Source of the DNA: Octopus sinensis
Taxonomy: Eukaryota
Assembly: GCF_006345805.1 (NCBI RefSeq)
Contig: NC_042998.1
Coordinates: forward strand, 185,070,001-185,134,000
Direction of reading: 5' to 3'
DNA length: 64,000 nt
The stretch's first letter is position 1, and each line of letters begins with the position of its first letter. A program made the position numbers and the translations under genes. Below the pieces are notes generated by a model. It saw only the letters and a program-made list of their open reading frames with translations. It ran no database searches and was not told the origin of the DNA. Below, one piece after another: positions 62,645-64,000 of the stretch.

Positions 62645-63112
62645 AGGCACAGGTGTAGTTGTATGGTTAATAAGTTCGCCTTGCAGCCATGTGGTTTCAG
62701 GTTCAGTACTACTGTGCTGCACCTTGGGCACATGTCTTCTAATAAAGCCTCTTGCGAGTTAATTTGATAGATGGAAACTAAGTGGAAGCCCTTTGTGTAC
62801 CTATATCATTGAAAGTTTCAACTGTATAAATGTCGTTTTGGGTTTGTATTTAATAGTATTGTATTTCGTTTTAATGTTCGATTCTGTCAATTTGCGTTGA
62901 TTGTTGTCGTTATTGTTGTCACAGTTGTTTTTATCGGTGTTGGTTTGTTTATATACTTGTAAAATAGCGGTTAGGCAAAAAAAGACCGATAGAGCGAATA
63001 TCAGACTTAAAACATTAAGTACTGGGACTTATTTCTTCGACTAAAACACTTCAGTGTAGTGCCCCAGCATGACCACAGTTGAATGATTGAGATGAGTAAA
63101 AGATAAAAGATT
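62645..63112 (+). mobile_element. Old SINE-B carrying a captured ~140-bp local duplicate
   Basis: Head and CORE-like block to ~62800; 62807-62945 copies 61412-61560; tail CCCCAGCATGACCACAG. Confidence 0.7.
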
Positions 63113-63914
63113 GGCTACCAAAATATATATACAAGAAACGTTACACACTATTCAACTTTTATACGCAGAATACAGGATATATTCATTGTGTAGAATACCA
63201 TAGTTTGTATTATTTTTACCAACATCCTGTCCTTCGAATGTCTCCTATATTCCAAGCCCAACTAAATCTCAGCGATCAATACATCCCCTGTAATTCAGCT
63301 TGCATGGGATTCTGTAAATAGATCCTGATTCGATGAATGTACTCTTCCTACACACTTTTCTTTGATCAACGTTAGAAATCATTGTTTATTTATCTTTTTT
63401 ACTGGTTTGATCTGGAACAAGTGCTGTGCCCATGGCCTTCGCAGGATCACCAAGACCAGTGACATGGACGCTGTTAATGATAGTTGCAAGTTGATGTCAA
63501 CCGGAAAAAAAAACATGGGCAGAAAGGAAGTTCGAGATAGCTGACGGTCTAAAAAAAACAGACGGACTGTTCTGTCTGATGTGTCAGGGTTAGTAATTGT
63601 TGGGGGAAGTTATTCCGGGTGAGCTGGGGAATGTTTTTCCGGAGATGACCATTCCAACCATGATCACCTCACCTTTATTTCAGACGATTTGTTACAACAA
63701 TATTATCCAATAAGTCCTTGTCGTTTGAAGTGCTAGAGTTCATTCTATTAGGTTGAGCGACTACATAAAGGTACCTTCAGATTGTTTTTGTTTTTGTTTT
63801 TTGGGGGGTTTTTTGCTTTATTGTTGGGGATTATAAGAGAAAGGAGAAAGAGGAGGGGAGTGAAAAGAGGCTGAGGAAGTTATTAAAACTACCAAACACT
63901 ATAGTGGATTATTA

Positions 63915-64000
63915 TAACGTGTGGTAAGTAGCTTGTTAACCAACCACATGGTTCCGGGTTCAGTCCCACTGCGTGGCATCTTGGGCAAGTGTCTTCTGCT
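63915..64000 (+). mobile_element. SINE family B, 5' part running off the window
   Basis: GTGTGGTAAGTAGCTTG...GGTTCAGTCCCACTGCGTGGCATCTTGGGCAAGTGTCTT. Confidence 0.85.

Noticed and set aside
63190-63350. Minus-strand SGSIYRIPCK as a GIY-YIG N-terminus
   Set aside because: Suggestive of a PLE, but the YIG motif is not recoverable; too short to call.

Overview
AT-rich animal genomic DNA, dense in microsatellites. The SINE repertoire resembles, from recall rather than a search, that of Octopus/coleoid cephalopods. No host protein-coding gene can be supported; there are only a few weak exon candidates, and nearly all track ORFs are microsatellite artefacts. The window is a transposable-element landscape. 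DNA transposons: one apparently intact mariner (56328-57549, 343-aa ORF) nested with a hAT MITE inside a decayed Tc1, plus decayed mariner, maT (DD37D) and Chapaev3-like elements, MITEs and two non-autonomous Helitrons. Retroelements: fragments of RTE, CR1/L2-type, Tx1-like, R4/Dong-like, HERO-like and Penelope-like elements, and many tRNA-derived SINEs. The most interesting signal is a set of minimal type I hammerhead ribozyme motifs in Penelope-like fold-back elements. They show three versions of the catalytic 3-8 base pair (C3:G8, U3:A8 and a rare G3:C8), and one decayed hammerhead is fused behind a tRNA-like Pol III head (SINE-ribozyme chimera). All family assignments come from motif recognition by eye, not database searches.
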